Shown here one piece after another: positions 40,465-53,331 of a stretch of 64,000 nucleotides of DNA (position 1 is its first letter; each line of letters starts with the position of its first letter). The notes below the pieces were generated by a model. The model saw only the letters and a program-made list of their open reading frames with translations, ran no database searches and was not told the DNA's origin. Both the position numbers and the translations under genes were made by a program. Origin of the DNA: Gordius albopunctatus (taxonomy: Eukaryota); NCBI GenBank assembly GCA_964276515.1, contig OZ193909.1:2294001-2358000 (forward strand), written 5' to 3'.

Positions 40465-43415
40465 CCGTTTCTGTTCAAAAATTAAGCTCTTCAAAAAAAA
40501 AGCTGATCAGAAAAAAAGCCAATAAACCAATAGGAACATTTGGCAATTTCGACGTATAGTGCATACAATCTAATGTAAATTTAGGAATATTTAGTTTCCA
40601 GACTAGACAATAAAACTAATATTCAAATTTTAAATATTTAATTAATACAAAAAGTTAGTATAAAAAATATTAATAATTAAACGCATAAAATGAATAAGCT
40701 ATTATTTTATAAACAATTGCATATAATATAGCGTGTCTAAATTTGACATTCGTCTAATGTTAATATATATTTAAATATTTACAAGTATTTTTTAAGTTGC
40801 TAATGATTATAAATACACTAAAACATTGTCAAAGTAGGTGATTCTATATACAGTTACATGTCTACATATAATAATAGCTTAATTTTAATTAATGATATGG
40901 ATAGCAAATTTAAATATTTACAAGTATGTTTTAAGTTGCTAATGATTATAAATACACTAAAACTTTGTCAAAGTAGGTGATTCTATATACAGTTACATGT
41001 CTACATATAATAATAGCTTAGTTTTAATTAATGATATGGATAGCAAATTTAAATATTTACAAGTATGTTTTAAGTTGCTAATGATTATAAATACACTAAA
41101 ACTTCATAACTGTTAAGGGCCATATTAGGATTTATTTTGAATTTCAAAATTCTGGCTACAATCTTCTCTTAATAACAAATTACTCAATAAGGGACTTTAG
41201 AGAGTTGTGATAACCCCCTATTGTCTCCCAGCATGCTAAAATGCGCGCGTTTTTTGATTATATTTTGACCAGATGGATAAGACCCTCGGCTATATTTCCC
41301 TATTCCATGTGGTAAAGATGTGAGGTTATTGGTCCTAGGACCAATAACCATCTTTTTGTATTATCATTATTTAGATGTCATAACCTCAAAATTTATAGAC
41401 TCTTAAATAAGCATATAAGGATTTTTTGGCTGTGCACATATGCTTCTTTAAAAGACTTCTATTTTGCTCTCGCAAATATAGTAGCTTATGACCGCTCCTT
41501 TTACGTTAAAGAAATCCACTTTAATTTTCAATTTAAAGTTGTAAGATTTGAAAGGATGACTATTGGCTTTTCCAAGGTCATCCCCTCCGTTTGCTTTCCC
41601 CTCGCCATAAATAATATTCTTGATTAGTTTAGATTTTGATATAAGGCATTGAATGATAAAGCAGGTAATAATAAAGAATGAGTGAAAGAAAACCTATGCC
41701 TAAAAATCAGTATTAAATGCAAAATAATAACTTAGTTTTTTTGCATTAAAATACATAAAAAGCTAAATTTTTGTAAATAGTTTTGAAAAAAAAATTATAA
41801 ACGAGTATTATCTGACTCCATGCTACATTGCCCCCCCCCCCCATAGTCATTCTTTCCTCTTCTTACCTATTTCGCCTATAAATTACATAGCTATGTGCTA
41901 CGTTTATATGGAGTATAGATGAGTTTTATAAGAACAATACCCCATGATAGGCGAATGTACCAAAACAAAAAAACGAACGCCCCTGGTTATTAATTGCTAT
42001 ACAATTTATGGCCTCACTTTTGGTTGTCTTGTAGTGTCTGTTCTGACTGTTATGTCGTGTCTTTTTGTGTCTCACTTGTTTGCATAATTGCCGTGGACAT
42101 TTACAAAAATAAATTTATGAAATACTCAATTGATTTGTAAGTTAATAAAAAAACTTTGCATTTTTCAACGCCATCCCCAACAAATACTGGGCGCGGCTTT
42201 TAAATATTTGGGACCTGACTCAACAAACAGAACCTGAGTTTACACACTATCGTTTGTGTTATAGATATTGTAGGATATGGATTAAATATTTAAATAGCTA
42301 ATTTATTGGTAAATATGGAATTTCCCTAACCGAACATAATCTACATACAATATCCTAACAGATTTGCAAGAAGTTATATATGACACTAGAGTCATCAGGT
42401 GAACCGTCCCTAAACTGCTAAATTTAGTATTAAGAGAAGATTGTAGCCAGCATTTTGAAATTCAAAATAAATCCTAATATGGCCCTTAACAGTTATGAAG
42501 TTTTAGTGTATTTATAATCATTAGCAACTTAAAGTGTTAAGCTGTAATATGTAGACATGGTGAATCATATGCAACTGTATATAGAATAACCTTTTTTGAC
42601 AGTGCTTTAGTCTTTTATAATCATTAACAACTTAAAGTGTATTGGTGATTATTTATTGCTATCCATATCATTAATTAAAATTAAGCTAGACATGTAAGTG
42701 TATATAGAATCACATACTTTGACAATATTTTAGTGTATTTATAATCATTAGCAACTTAAAACATACTTGTAAATATTTAAATTTGCTATCCATTTTATTA
42801 ATTGAAATTAAGCTATTAATATATGTAGACATGCAACTGTATATAGAATAACCTAATATGCAAGGTGCTTTAGTGTATTTATAAACATTAACAATTTAAA
42901 ATGTACTGTACTGGTGGATATTTAAATATGCTATTCATATTATTAATTACTATTAAGCTATTATTATATATAGACATGTAACTGTATATAGAATAACCTA
43001 ATATGACGGTGCTTTAGTATATTTATAAACATTAACAACTTAAAGTGTACTGGTGAATATTTAAATTAGCTATCCATATTATTAATTACTATTAAGCTAT
43101 TATTATATGTAGACATATAATTTTATAGAATCACCTACTTTGACAATGTTTTAGTGTATTTATAATCGTTAGCAACTTAAAACATACTTGTAAATATTTA
43201 AGTACATATTAACATTAGACGAATATCAAATGTAGACACGCTATATTATATGCAATTGTTTATAAAATAATTGCTTATTCATTTTATGCGTGATTATTAA
43301 TATTTTTTATACTAGCTTTTTGTATTAATTAAATATTTAAAATTTGAATATTAGTTTTATTGTCTAGTCTGGAAACTGGATTTTTTTTGAACAGCTTAAT
43401 TTTTGAATAAGAATC
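40465..43415. repeat. Large imperfect inverted repeat (foldback) whose arms contain a ~139-bp tandem repeat
   Basis: 40595-41195 is the reverse complement of 42407-43377, with an outer match 40470-40500 / 43380-43410. About 2.4 tandem units on the left, about 5 on the right; ~1.2-kb spacer. Confidence 0.9.
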
Positions 43416-45177
43416 GTCAAATCAGCTGACGCGTGTGATAACGCGAGGTAATAGACCATTTTAGTTTGATAGAGTTAAGAGGACTTCTTTGTTTTATTTA
43501 AGTTATAATTTAAAAAAGCTTGTAAATAATGTTTAAGGCGTAAATTAGTTTAGGGCTTTTGATATTTTTATTTTAATGTAAAGTTTTATATAACTAATCC
43601 CTCAAGGGGTTATATATTATTCTTCATGGATAAGTTATTGGGAATTGTTGAGGGAGTTAAAAAAATATTATAATATGATATTTTGAAAACATTATCAGAT
43701 GAGTAAAATAAATTTAATTAAAATATAATAAATTTAAATAAAATGAGCTTTGACCCCCCCCCCCCCCTCTTGTGTTTCAGACCAATCTTTTTGCAATTAA
43801 TTTCATCCTTTTATCTTTATTAAAATATGCTGCCTTTCTGCATGGACATAGCCAGGATTAGCACTAGGTGGGAAAGTGTGGGGTCGTAATTAAAAGTTAA
43901 AGCTAAATTTTTTTGTATCTTATGAAGTTAGTGTCTCTTTTAGATAATATAAAACAGCAGGCATAAATTACTTATTGTATTTTAGTTTATAAGAAACCCA
44001 TACTATTTAATTTGCTGTCCTTAAAATATTTTGAAAAATAAAAAAAAGGATGTCAATCTAATTTTGATTTTGAAGTATATTCTAAATGAAAGGTATGGCT
44101 AAAGATAACATTATTTATATGATAATAACTATTAAATTTTTAAACAATATTCTAAATGGATCAGGAATAATTTTAGGCAAGTCAATTAAAAAAATAATTT
44201 ATAAATTTAGAATTAATATAAGATAACAAACTTATTTTTCTCTGCCCAATTAGGGCCCTAGTACTTGACACAAATTTTAGTTTATTATATGGTAGTATTG
44301 TAAAATTGGCTGGTTTTGTTGATCAACCTCTGGTTCAACTAAGACTAACTGTCTACTCTGGTCTCTTTTCAAATTTTGACTAAGCCTAGAAGTTTACTAA
44401 GAAAGTCAGACCAAAACACCTTCAGTTTGTTTATTTTTACTTGACTAAACCAAAGGTTGAACAAACAATAAGGTGAAAATATAAGAAAACCCTACTATTT
44501 AGTCACAAGTTTTTTTAGTAGAACTTCAAAAAGTTTTTTTTTAATTTTAGTCATATTTCCCCTCAAACCGTTTCTCATCTAAATGGCACTTTATTTATTG
44601 AAGTTTTTATTTGATAGAATCCATTATATGTATACTCTACAAAGTTGTTTATTTAATAAAGTTGGGTTTGTTTAAGGCAAATTATTAAATGGCACTTTTC
44701 ATTATTATTCAAGCTGCTTTCATAAAAAATTGTTTTAGCAGTATTTAATTATGTTCATGCTGAATTTATTGGTATTATAATTTTATTAAAATTAGGGAAA
44801 AAATAAAATTTAGCTTAATTTGTTAGTTAAAGACTTTTATAAAAAGACTATCATATATATTTGGTCTTTTTAAACAGTTCATTTTTTTAATTGAATATTA
44901 TGACCCCTTTTTTACCTCTAATCATTATTATACTCACTTAACTCGTTCATTTTGGGAGAGTTTTTAATTTTCGTTTTAGTATTTTTTACTTTTGCTACTT
45001 TATATTTTTTGATTCACATTTATCGCAAATAAGCGATTTTATTCTATTTTACTCAGAGTAATGATATTATTACCACAAATATTTGAAATTATAAAAAAAG
45101 TCTAAAAAAATGTTAAAATTTTTTGTTTAAGAACATCGGCGGTACATTGAATATTTGGCTGAAAGAGTGATTAAATA

Positions 45178-48100
45178 ATGAACGCGATGGAAATACAAAG
45201 CGAAGTTTTATTTAAGCGCGGGTCAACTAGCAGTATCGAGTTGGTTCATTTTGATCAAAAAGCAAAAAATAAAGTTTATTCGCCATGTGAAGATTCAATT
45301 AAAAGGTATAAAAAAGTTGAATATTCATAATAAATATCCTTAGGACTTCCTTGGTGAATATAAGAAATTCGAAGGATCGAAAATTGGAAAAATTTGATTC
45401 TTTGAATGATCGTGGAAGATTTGAATTTAAGAAATCAATTTTTTCCTTTCAAGATATCAATTACACGATAGAAGGAAAAGGGAAATGGATTTGGGGTCCT
45501 AAAAAGCCTTCCAAGCATATTTTGTCTGACGTGAGGTAATTTAATATTTTATTTATTTAGCATTAACTTTATATTATACAACCTTTTTTGCACAAATTTA
45601 TGATATTTGCTTGTATCTGTGGCTTTGATTTAGCGGAATTTTTAAGTATGGATTGAACGCGTTAATGGGCCCCAGTGGTGCTGGCAAGACTTCGTAAGTT
45701 TAAAATTAGTTATGTCATCGAGCGAAGATTTCCTACACACTTCTAACCTTATTTTAATTATAAATTATCTTGAATTTTAAAATTATATAAAGTTTTTTAA
45801 TAGCATCAATATTAGATATTAAATGTTATTAATATATGTTTGCACTTGTCCGGCTTTAGATTACTGAACGTATTAGGAGGGCGTAAAGAAATAGTGGGTG
45901 CTGAGGGTATGATTCTTCTCGATGGAAAACCTCTTTCTAAAAGATTTATTCTGGATTCAGGATTCGTAACGCAGGTAATTAGGGACTAAAATATAAATAA
46001 ACTTTTCGTTAGTATAGTTTGGAAATTGAAATGTTATCATATATGGTGTAGTAATCGCAAAATAAACATCTTAAAAACTACATGTATATAGTTAATAGTT
46101 AAACTTGTATGTTATTTTATTATAGCAAGATATGCTGATGACAACACTAACTATTCGAGAGAATATCATGTTTTCGGCTTCTGTCCGATTGTCATCCAAA
46201 GTGACCATGGACAAAAAGAGGCAAATGGTTCAAATAATTATTGAAGAATTGGATTTATTAAAATGTGCCGATTCTCTGGTAAATTTTGATTATAAGTTTT
46301 GTAAAAATTAATTTTACCCCTTGCAAGGGTGTTTACATCAAATACACCTAAACATATTGAAAAACGCAATAACAACAACGATTTGCACTTTGCTCGCTGC
46401 TTTTCAATGAATAAACCTAGCATAGCACTAAGGGATAGTATACTTACATTACTTTTTTAACAAAAGAATTCGATAAAACACAGATAAGTTTATAATATAA
46501 TATAGTTAAAAGCCTTTATTTTCCTTTTAAATTAAACGATGACATTTATACATTAATTTTGAAAAATTTTAAAAACTTTTTCGCAAATAAAATTAAGGTG
46601 GGCGGTGATGAAATTCGAGGAATTTCTGGGGGCGAGAGAAAGCGTTGCAGCATAGGAGCCGAATTGGTTACCATTCCAACCATATTATTTTTAGATGAAC
46701 CAACAACGGGTTTAGACGCATCAACTGCACTCATGGTCATTTTGTTGCTTAAAAAGTAATAATTTCCTTTAATTGACTTTAAAAGTGCAACTTTTTTTAA
46801 TTTTCTTATTTTCAAAAATGAATAAAAAATGTTTTGACTTAGATTAGCTCACCGAGGTTGCAACGTTATAATGACAATTCATCAACCGCGCTACGAAATT
46901 TTTAAACTGTTTGACATACTATTACTCCTTTCTGCAGGTCGAATAGCTTATCAAGGCCCTACCCATGAAGCGTCAATTTATTTCACATCTATCGGTAATT
47001 TTCGTTTTTTACTTTATTAATTTCTTAAATATATATACGTAAATTTTTATTAAAACTTTATTTTATTTATTATCAATTTATTGATAGGATTTGAATGCGA
47101 AAAGTTTTTAAATCCTGCCGACTTTTTCTTGGATATCATCGTACGCGATGCTAAGAATTTTGACGTTGATCTTAACGTGGAGGCCTCGATATATAAAGGT
47201 AGATAATTATACTTTTGATTTTTTTTAGATTTTTATCTCATTTACTATATTTATTTAATTTGTATTGATTTAAAATGTTTCTATTTTCATTATAGTTTTT
47301 ACTAAAAAAGTTGCAAATTAAAGTTTTTCGTTATAGATAAAGATGTTCAAGACCTGCATCATCTTTATAAAAATTCGGATTTTCATGCAAGTGTCCAGAT
47401 TGAACTTCAAAAAATATGCGTTAGAAATGGTATTACGCTGAAAAATGAAGGATCCAAGCAAATTTTAGCCGCTGGGAAAAGTTGTTTTGCCACAACCTAT
47501 TGTGAACAAGTATTTCGGCAATTTTTTCCCAATTATACATGCCCACACTTTTTGATTCCGTTCCCTCGACTTATATATAAAATTTAATAGATATTTAGCC
47601 AGATTTTGGGGGTAAACGAGAAAAGGTTATAAAAATGGCTATTTTGACGCTATATTCCTACGCCATTTTAAATTTATTTTTATTAACATTATATCGTATA
47701 AAGGGAGTACAACAGCGTACATAGTGTTTATGCCATGTTTAATAACAGATCACGCTCTCCCTAATGGAGGAGATGGAGACAAAATATGTGAAAGAAGGGA
47801 TTGAAATGTTAATGTTTTGTATGTACTAGTATGATGTAACTTAATCTACTACTCTCTTTTCCCAGACGTAAATGGAGAATATTTACTGAGGGAAGGGGTT
47901 CAGATAAAGACAGATAGAATTTAATATAGAGGCGAAACAAAAAATAATATTATATCCTTGTACATTACTCAATGGTCTACACACTGATATAGCTATTATT
48001 TTAAAAGATGACATGGAAATATAGCAGCAAAAAACGTTAAAAAGGCTATTTATTGCACCTTTAACCTCATTTATCTCAAAATCTGGACAACTTTTAAACA

Positions 48101-51100
48101 TACTCTTGTTCAGCGGAATATTCTTTAAGAAATATTAATCCGATTGTGTGATGATTTATCCTATAAACACTTTGACAGTGTTTAGTAGCTTATAATGAAA
48201 GTTGTTAGTTTTTGTTAAAACCTTTAATTATTATTAGCAGACATTATAGGTTTGTAAAAAATTCAATGTTAAAATAACCTTTAGCAGTATTTGGATAATA
48301 TGATCGTTTTTTGACTAAGAAAAAATTGAACATAGTGATAGTATTACTCGAGAAAGGGTATAAAATTCAACATTTCTATTGTAATATTCTAAAAGGTGCC
48401 TTTAGATGTTTTTTTATTATAATTTTAGATTTTAAAATGTTTTTTGGAGGGGATGAGTTAAGACCAGAGGTCAGATTGGTTTAAAATTTTCTGCCCAAAC
48501 CCTGCCCGGTCCGATTTTATATCTAAATTGCCCGCCCGAACCCTTTCAAGATGATTTTGTCATTTCCCAAAAGGTTTTAATTTAATTTTGGGTTTTTATG
48601 TATATAAACTACGAATAATAAATTATATTAAATATCTCATTAAGCCTTAATTACCCGAATCTTTCATATGGTGGCCGCCCGGAAATCTAGACTTACGCCA
48701 GTTCCGTGCCGTGTTGGGCTTTTGTGATCTCTGAGGTTAAGGCCAAAATTGGCTCTCGAATTTCGTTATTAGGTCTGTTTTAATTAGGATAATTTTTCTT
48801 CGATTTCACCTCTCTGATTTGTAACGTGCATTTGAGATTATCCTTAAATTTTTAGTATCTCCATTACTAATTATATCGCTTATCCCAACCAATTTAATTG
48901 TGTTTTTCACGAGTCTGTACGTATTATAAATTTTTTACTCTGTTCTAAATTTATATTTCATAGTTTGTGGCACTATCCTGGAGAACGTATTTAAACACAT
49001 ACAGAGACTACAAAAATTTGTACATCCAGGTATTTTTATCGCTTATATTTAACTTTCTTTCCGTTATCAATTATGTACATTTCGTTATTTGTAGTATGTT
49101 AGAACAATAATATATGCCTTAATGCTCGGTTCAATTTATTTTAACGTTGGTCAAACGAGTTTATATGGCATTCCCAATAGGTAACTCCTTCGAAATTACC
49201 AATAAATAATTTAATTATCTAAATTTTTCTTTTTTCATAATGACAAATGTATGTTTGTGTAAATTAAAAAAAAATTAATAACATTTTTGAAAATAATTAC
49301 AGGAGTGGAGCCTTGAATCTTATAGTATTAGATCAAGTGACTACCAGTCTTTCTGCCATAGATACTTTCATAGGAGAACGAGCTCTCTTCATGTAATTCA
49401 AACTTCATTATTATTTTTATATATAAAAAGTAGTCTAAAGTATTTTTTAAATAAATAGGTATGTTGTGGATAAATTACGATAGAGATAGGGTGAAAAAAT
49501 CTTTTAATAGATTCCTCTCCAATTTATTAAACTAAAATTTTTCCGATTAATTTGCAAGTTGTTGACGTTTAAAAAACGAAACGCCAAAATCGTTGTTTTT
49601 AGCAACTTTGACAACAAATATTTGAAAAACTTGATGTATAGGGAAAAAATTAAAAATATATTTGTGTTCACCGTAAAAAAACTCTAGCCGGTTGATTATA
49701 TAAGTCCAATATTTGTTGACCAGAGTGTTATTTATCAAAATTCAATAAAATTGGTTTTATTCATGTTTAATAATATTTCTACTTTTTGCAATGTTAGACA
49801 CGAAGCGACCAATGGATTCTACGGAGTATCCGTTTACTTTTTTGCCAAGTTGCTGGGAGATTTGATTCCCGTGCGCTACATTCCCATGTTAATCTTGATA
49901 ACTATCGACTATTGGATGATTGGTCAGTCTTTTTCACCTGCAATTTAAAATTTTGCATTTTTGCAAATTATTAAGGATACTTATGAGATGGAATTGCTTA
50001 AATAGCGATTATAAAAAAAATTTGTGGCCATTTTGGCGCTAAAAGTATTAAAAGTACCTATTTCGTTATTTTTGACCATTTCCAGTTGGTCGAACTTGTT
50101 ATATAAGTGGTAAAAAAATTTTGTTTCAGTATTTAAAAGGTTTTGAACTAGTTAGCAAATGACATTTGATCCATTTCGGCCATTATCAGATGACCAATCG
50201 ACCAATAAAATTTGTAAAGTTTTTTCTAACGAGATTTTATGATTAGGGGGGGGTGTGAATAATTAAAAAAATTATTAAACTTAGCGTCATGACCTTATAT
50301 CGTAAAAGACCGATTTTCGACATATGAGCACCCACAACTCGAAAATTAGAGGCCCAAATTAACTAGAAATTTCAGAATTTCATAATATCAATTAGTTTCT
50401 ACATCATTACCAAATTTCATAAAAATCTGAGGGGCTCGTCCGAAAGCTTGGCGATCTGACAGCCCTCTTATAAATCTTTAATAATAATATATCTTGCCAA
50501 TATATATTTTAAATTTAATGTCGATAAATTTAGGTTTACAGGCATCCCTCGCGAATTACATGATTTTTCTATTTTCACTCCTCTGTCTCGTAACCTCCGG
50601 CAGTGCTCTCGTCCTCTTCTTCAGCGTTTCTTTCAAAAGGGTCGACATTGCCTTTAACGCTTGCGTTCTTTACATGATTTTGCTACTCGTAAGCCAACCT
50701 TTTTTCCCAAACTTTTATTAATATTTTACATTTTTTTAAAATTATTTAATGTTTGCCATCTATTTTACACCAATTTGCAGTTATTCTATGCGAAGATATT
50801 AAATTACTCGTTTTCGCTTGCCACTTAGTCTTTTTCCCCAGTTTTTAAAACTCTAAAAATCAAATCTAATAAAAAATTAATTAGAGAGTGACACCTTTAT
50901 CATTAAACTAGTTCAATTTTTTTTAAATTTTGATTAACCATTACTTTTAATTTTATAACAATTGCGTTTTTATTGTTCAGCTGCTCAGTGGTTATTATGC
51001 CAACGTTGATTCGCTTCCCAAAATTTTCCAGGCCTTGAAATATCTCAGCATGTTTCGGTACGGTTTCAATGTAAGCAACTAAAATCTTTTCGAGTTTCAC

Positions 51101-51964
51101 ATTTTTTCCAATCCTTTTCTCCAATATTAATTAAATATATATAATTAATTTGCCGAAAAATTTGGATATTTTTTTCCAGGCAATTAATCGTTGTAATTAG
51201 TGCCGTAAAAATGGCTGGGTTTTTGATCTGGTCGACCTTAAACATAAAGAGACCAAAGTTTTTTTGCTTTCTTTTTCTTATTCGATCTCTTGGCTGAGTC
51301 AAAATTTGAGAAGAGATCGGAATTGACCGTTAGCCTTAGTTGAATCAAAGGTGAACCAAACGAAACCCCCATCTTTTTACAGCTGTAGTTATAATTAATA
51401 AAATTCTCCAAATATTGCAAATGTATTTAAACTTATTATAGATTTGATGGCATTATAAATCTCAAAAAATTCAGTTGAAATTTCGTTGGTTCCTTATTTT
51501 TAGGTTTTGATGGTGAATGAAGTGAAAGATCAAAAATATTGTGGATTGCATTCTTCCCAAACCCACATTACCCCAATTAATCGCACTTGGTAATGAAATT
51601 TTTGAATTCACAAAAAATGATTTACTGATTTTTTAAGTAATTAAATCGTGTACAATCGCTCAAAATGCGATTGGAAATTTATCTAAAAAAATAATTTTAA
51701 ACATGGATTTTTTAAGATTTCAGGGATTTAGGGATTTTTATCGAAATTAGCTGTTTCTCATGTCCACTTTTAGTGAAATAAATGAATTATTTTTATTTTA
51801 TATTTAGCTCGTATGGAAATGATTTTTTGGCGTACGAAAGTATTCCCTATGAAACATGGTGGAATTTATGGGGCAATCTAATTATAGTCTCAGGGATGAC
51901 ATTCTTGTTTTGGCTCATTTCTTACATACAATTATTGAGGATAAAGAAAAATGCCAAAGGCTAA
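45178..51964 (+). CDS. ABCG2-like half ABC transporter, copy B, 17 exons, about 698 aa, apparently intact
   Basis: Exons 45178-45305, 45344-45535, 45634-45693, 45860-45974, 46126-46278, 46598-46755, 46843-46994, 47088-47198, 47337-47509, 48964-49029, 49095-49180, 49303-49392, 49798-49922, 50534-50688, 50981-51070, 51504-51589 and 51808-51964 sum to 2097 nt in frame. Same motifs and intron phases as copy A. Confidence 0.95.
48465..48733. mobile_element. hAT-type non-autonomous element (CAGAGGTCAGA family) in ABCG B intron 9
   Basis: CAGAGGTCAGATT...TGATCTCTG; homologous to 28866-29278. Confidence 0.72.
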
Positions 51965-52494
51965 AAATTAGATTATTTTAAAATATAGTTTTTACCAATT
52001 AAAGATATATTTATATTTGTTAATTTTTGTTAGTAAAATTTGCAAATATATATTTTGTTATTTTTTATATTTATAAGATAATAATATATTATAATATCTT
52101 CTATTTACAATAAATAAAGAGAGTCTAAATTTTGTCGTTATTTTAAAAATGGTAGTAATAAGTACAAAAGTAAGAGGTTTTAAATTAAAACGTCAAAATT
52201 ATGGGAACTTTGGTTTGGCATATAAATTATGTTCTTTTAGTATAGGTATAAAAATATTTGTTTAAGTTCACCTATATATAATTTGTAATGACATTTAGGA
52301 TCTATTAACATAACATATCTGAAGTGAAATTGTTTAAATTATTATATTTATACTTTGAATGTGTATATATTAAAATGGAATCACAAATAAATGATTGCAG
52401 CATTCATCATTTCAGAAAATATTATTATTATTCATATAATTTTGTAATTAAAGGATTACAATGGAATAATTACTGACAAAAAGTTCGTGTTACT

Positions 52495-52685
52495 AAGTGT
52501 TCTGTAAAAAGGACTGGGTTTTGTTCTGTCCAACTTAGGAATTAGTCGAGTAAACTTAAAGGAACCAAAGGTTTTTGGTCTATTTTTCTTAGTTGACCTC
52601 TGGGATTTGTCGAAATTTGAAAAACAAACCAGAGCAGAGTCTATCGTCAGTCCTAGTACAAAACACTCCCGTTGATACAACACTA
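52495..52685. mobile_element. hAT MITE (TAGTGTTGTA family)
   Basis: Perfect 8-bp TSD GTGTTACT. The internal CTGGGTTTTG...GTCGAC...ACCAAAGG block recurs at about 18800-18925, 26690-26865, 44290-44470, 51200-51385, 53768-53910 and 61880-61960. Confidence 0.8.
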
Positions 52686-53034
52686 GTGTTACTTTACTAT
52701 ACTCGACGCCTTTCCCAAAAATAAAATATCTCCAAGTTTTTTAAAACTTATTTTTAACCACGAAATTTACAATGTATATATATTTAAATTTTAAATGTAA
52801 TATCAAGCCACAACCTAGAAAAGTGGGCAAAGAAATTCATTACATGAATGGAAGTTCGGGTGGAAAAATTAAAGACAACCCGCGGTCATTAGCTAGTCTA
52901 TATGCGAAAACAAAGTAAAATCCTTTTACAGTAGCATAAGTCCACAGCCATTATAAACGCGACGAAGCCCGATTGGATAGGGCATGAGAAGCAAAAGTGA
53001 GCTCTGATTTGTTGAATAATAACAAGCAATAGGC

Positions 53035-53210
53035 CGAAACCTGTAAACCAGCCAAGGCGCTCCTATTGTTGCCTCATGCTCTGGGACTTTTGGACCAGCG
53101 GCCATTAAACTTTATAATGAAATCAGCCGGCGATGCCCGGTCTCTAATTTTATTACATCAGCTTTTCAATTAAACAAAAAATAGGCAGTAATTCAACCGC
53201 AAAGTCTAAT
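53035..53210 (+). mobile_element. Possible second CRE-like RLE C-terminal remnant
   Basis: PIVASCSGTFGPAAIKLYNEISRRC resembles the P-x-V-x-(E)T-x-G-x-x-G-P-x-A tail motif; short and degenerate. Confidence 0.35.
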
Positions 53211-53331
53211 TTTGAATCCATGGCTCTGGCTATACCCATGTCGTATCGTATGATCGATCTATTAAACTAATAAAATGTATTTTTTTAAAAAAGAAAATAC
53301 TTGATAAATTTTTAAAAAATTGCCAATTTAC

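Noticed and set aside
47883..48101. Intronic ORF in ABCG B intron 9
   Set aside because: No recognisable domain in any frame and absent from copy A; likely a decayed insertion.
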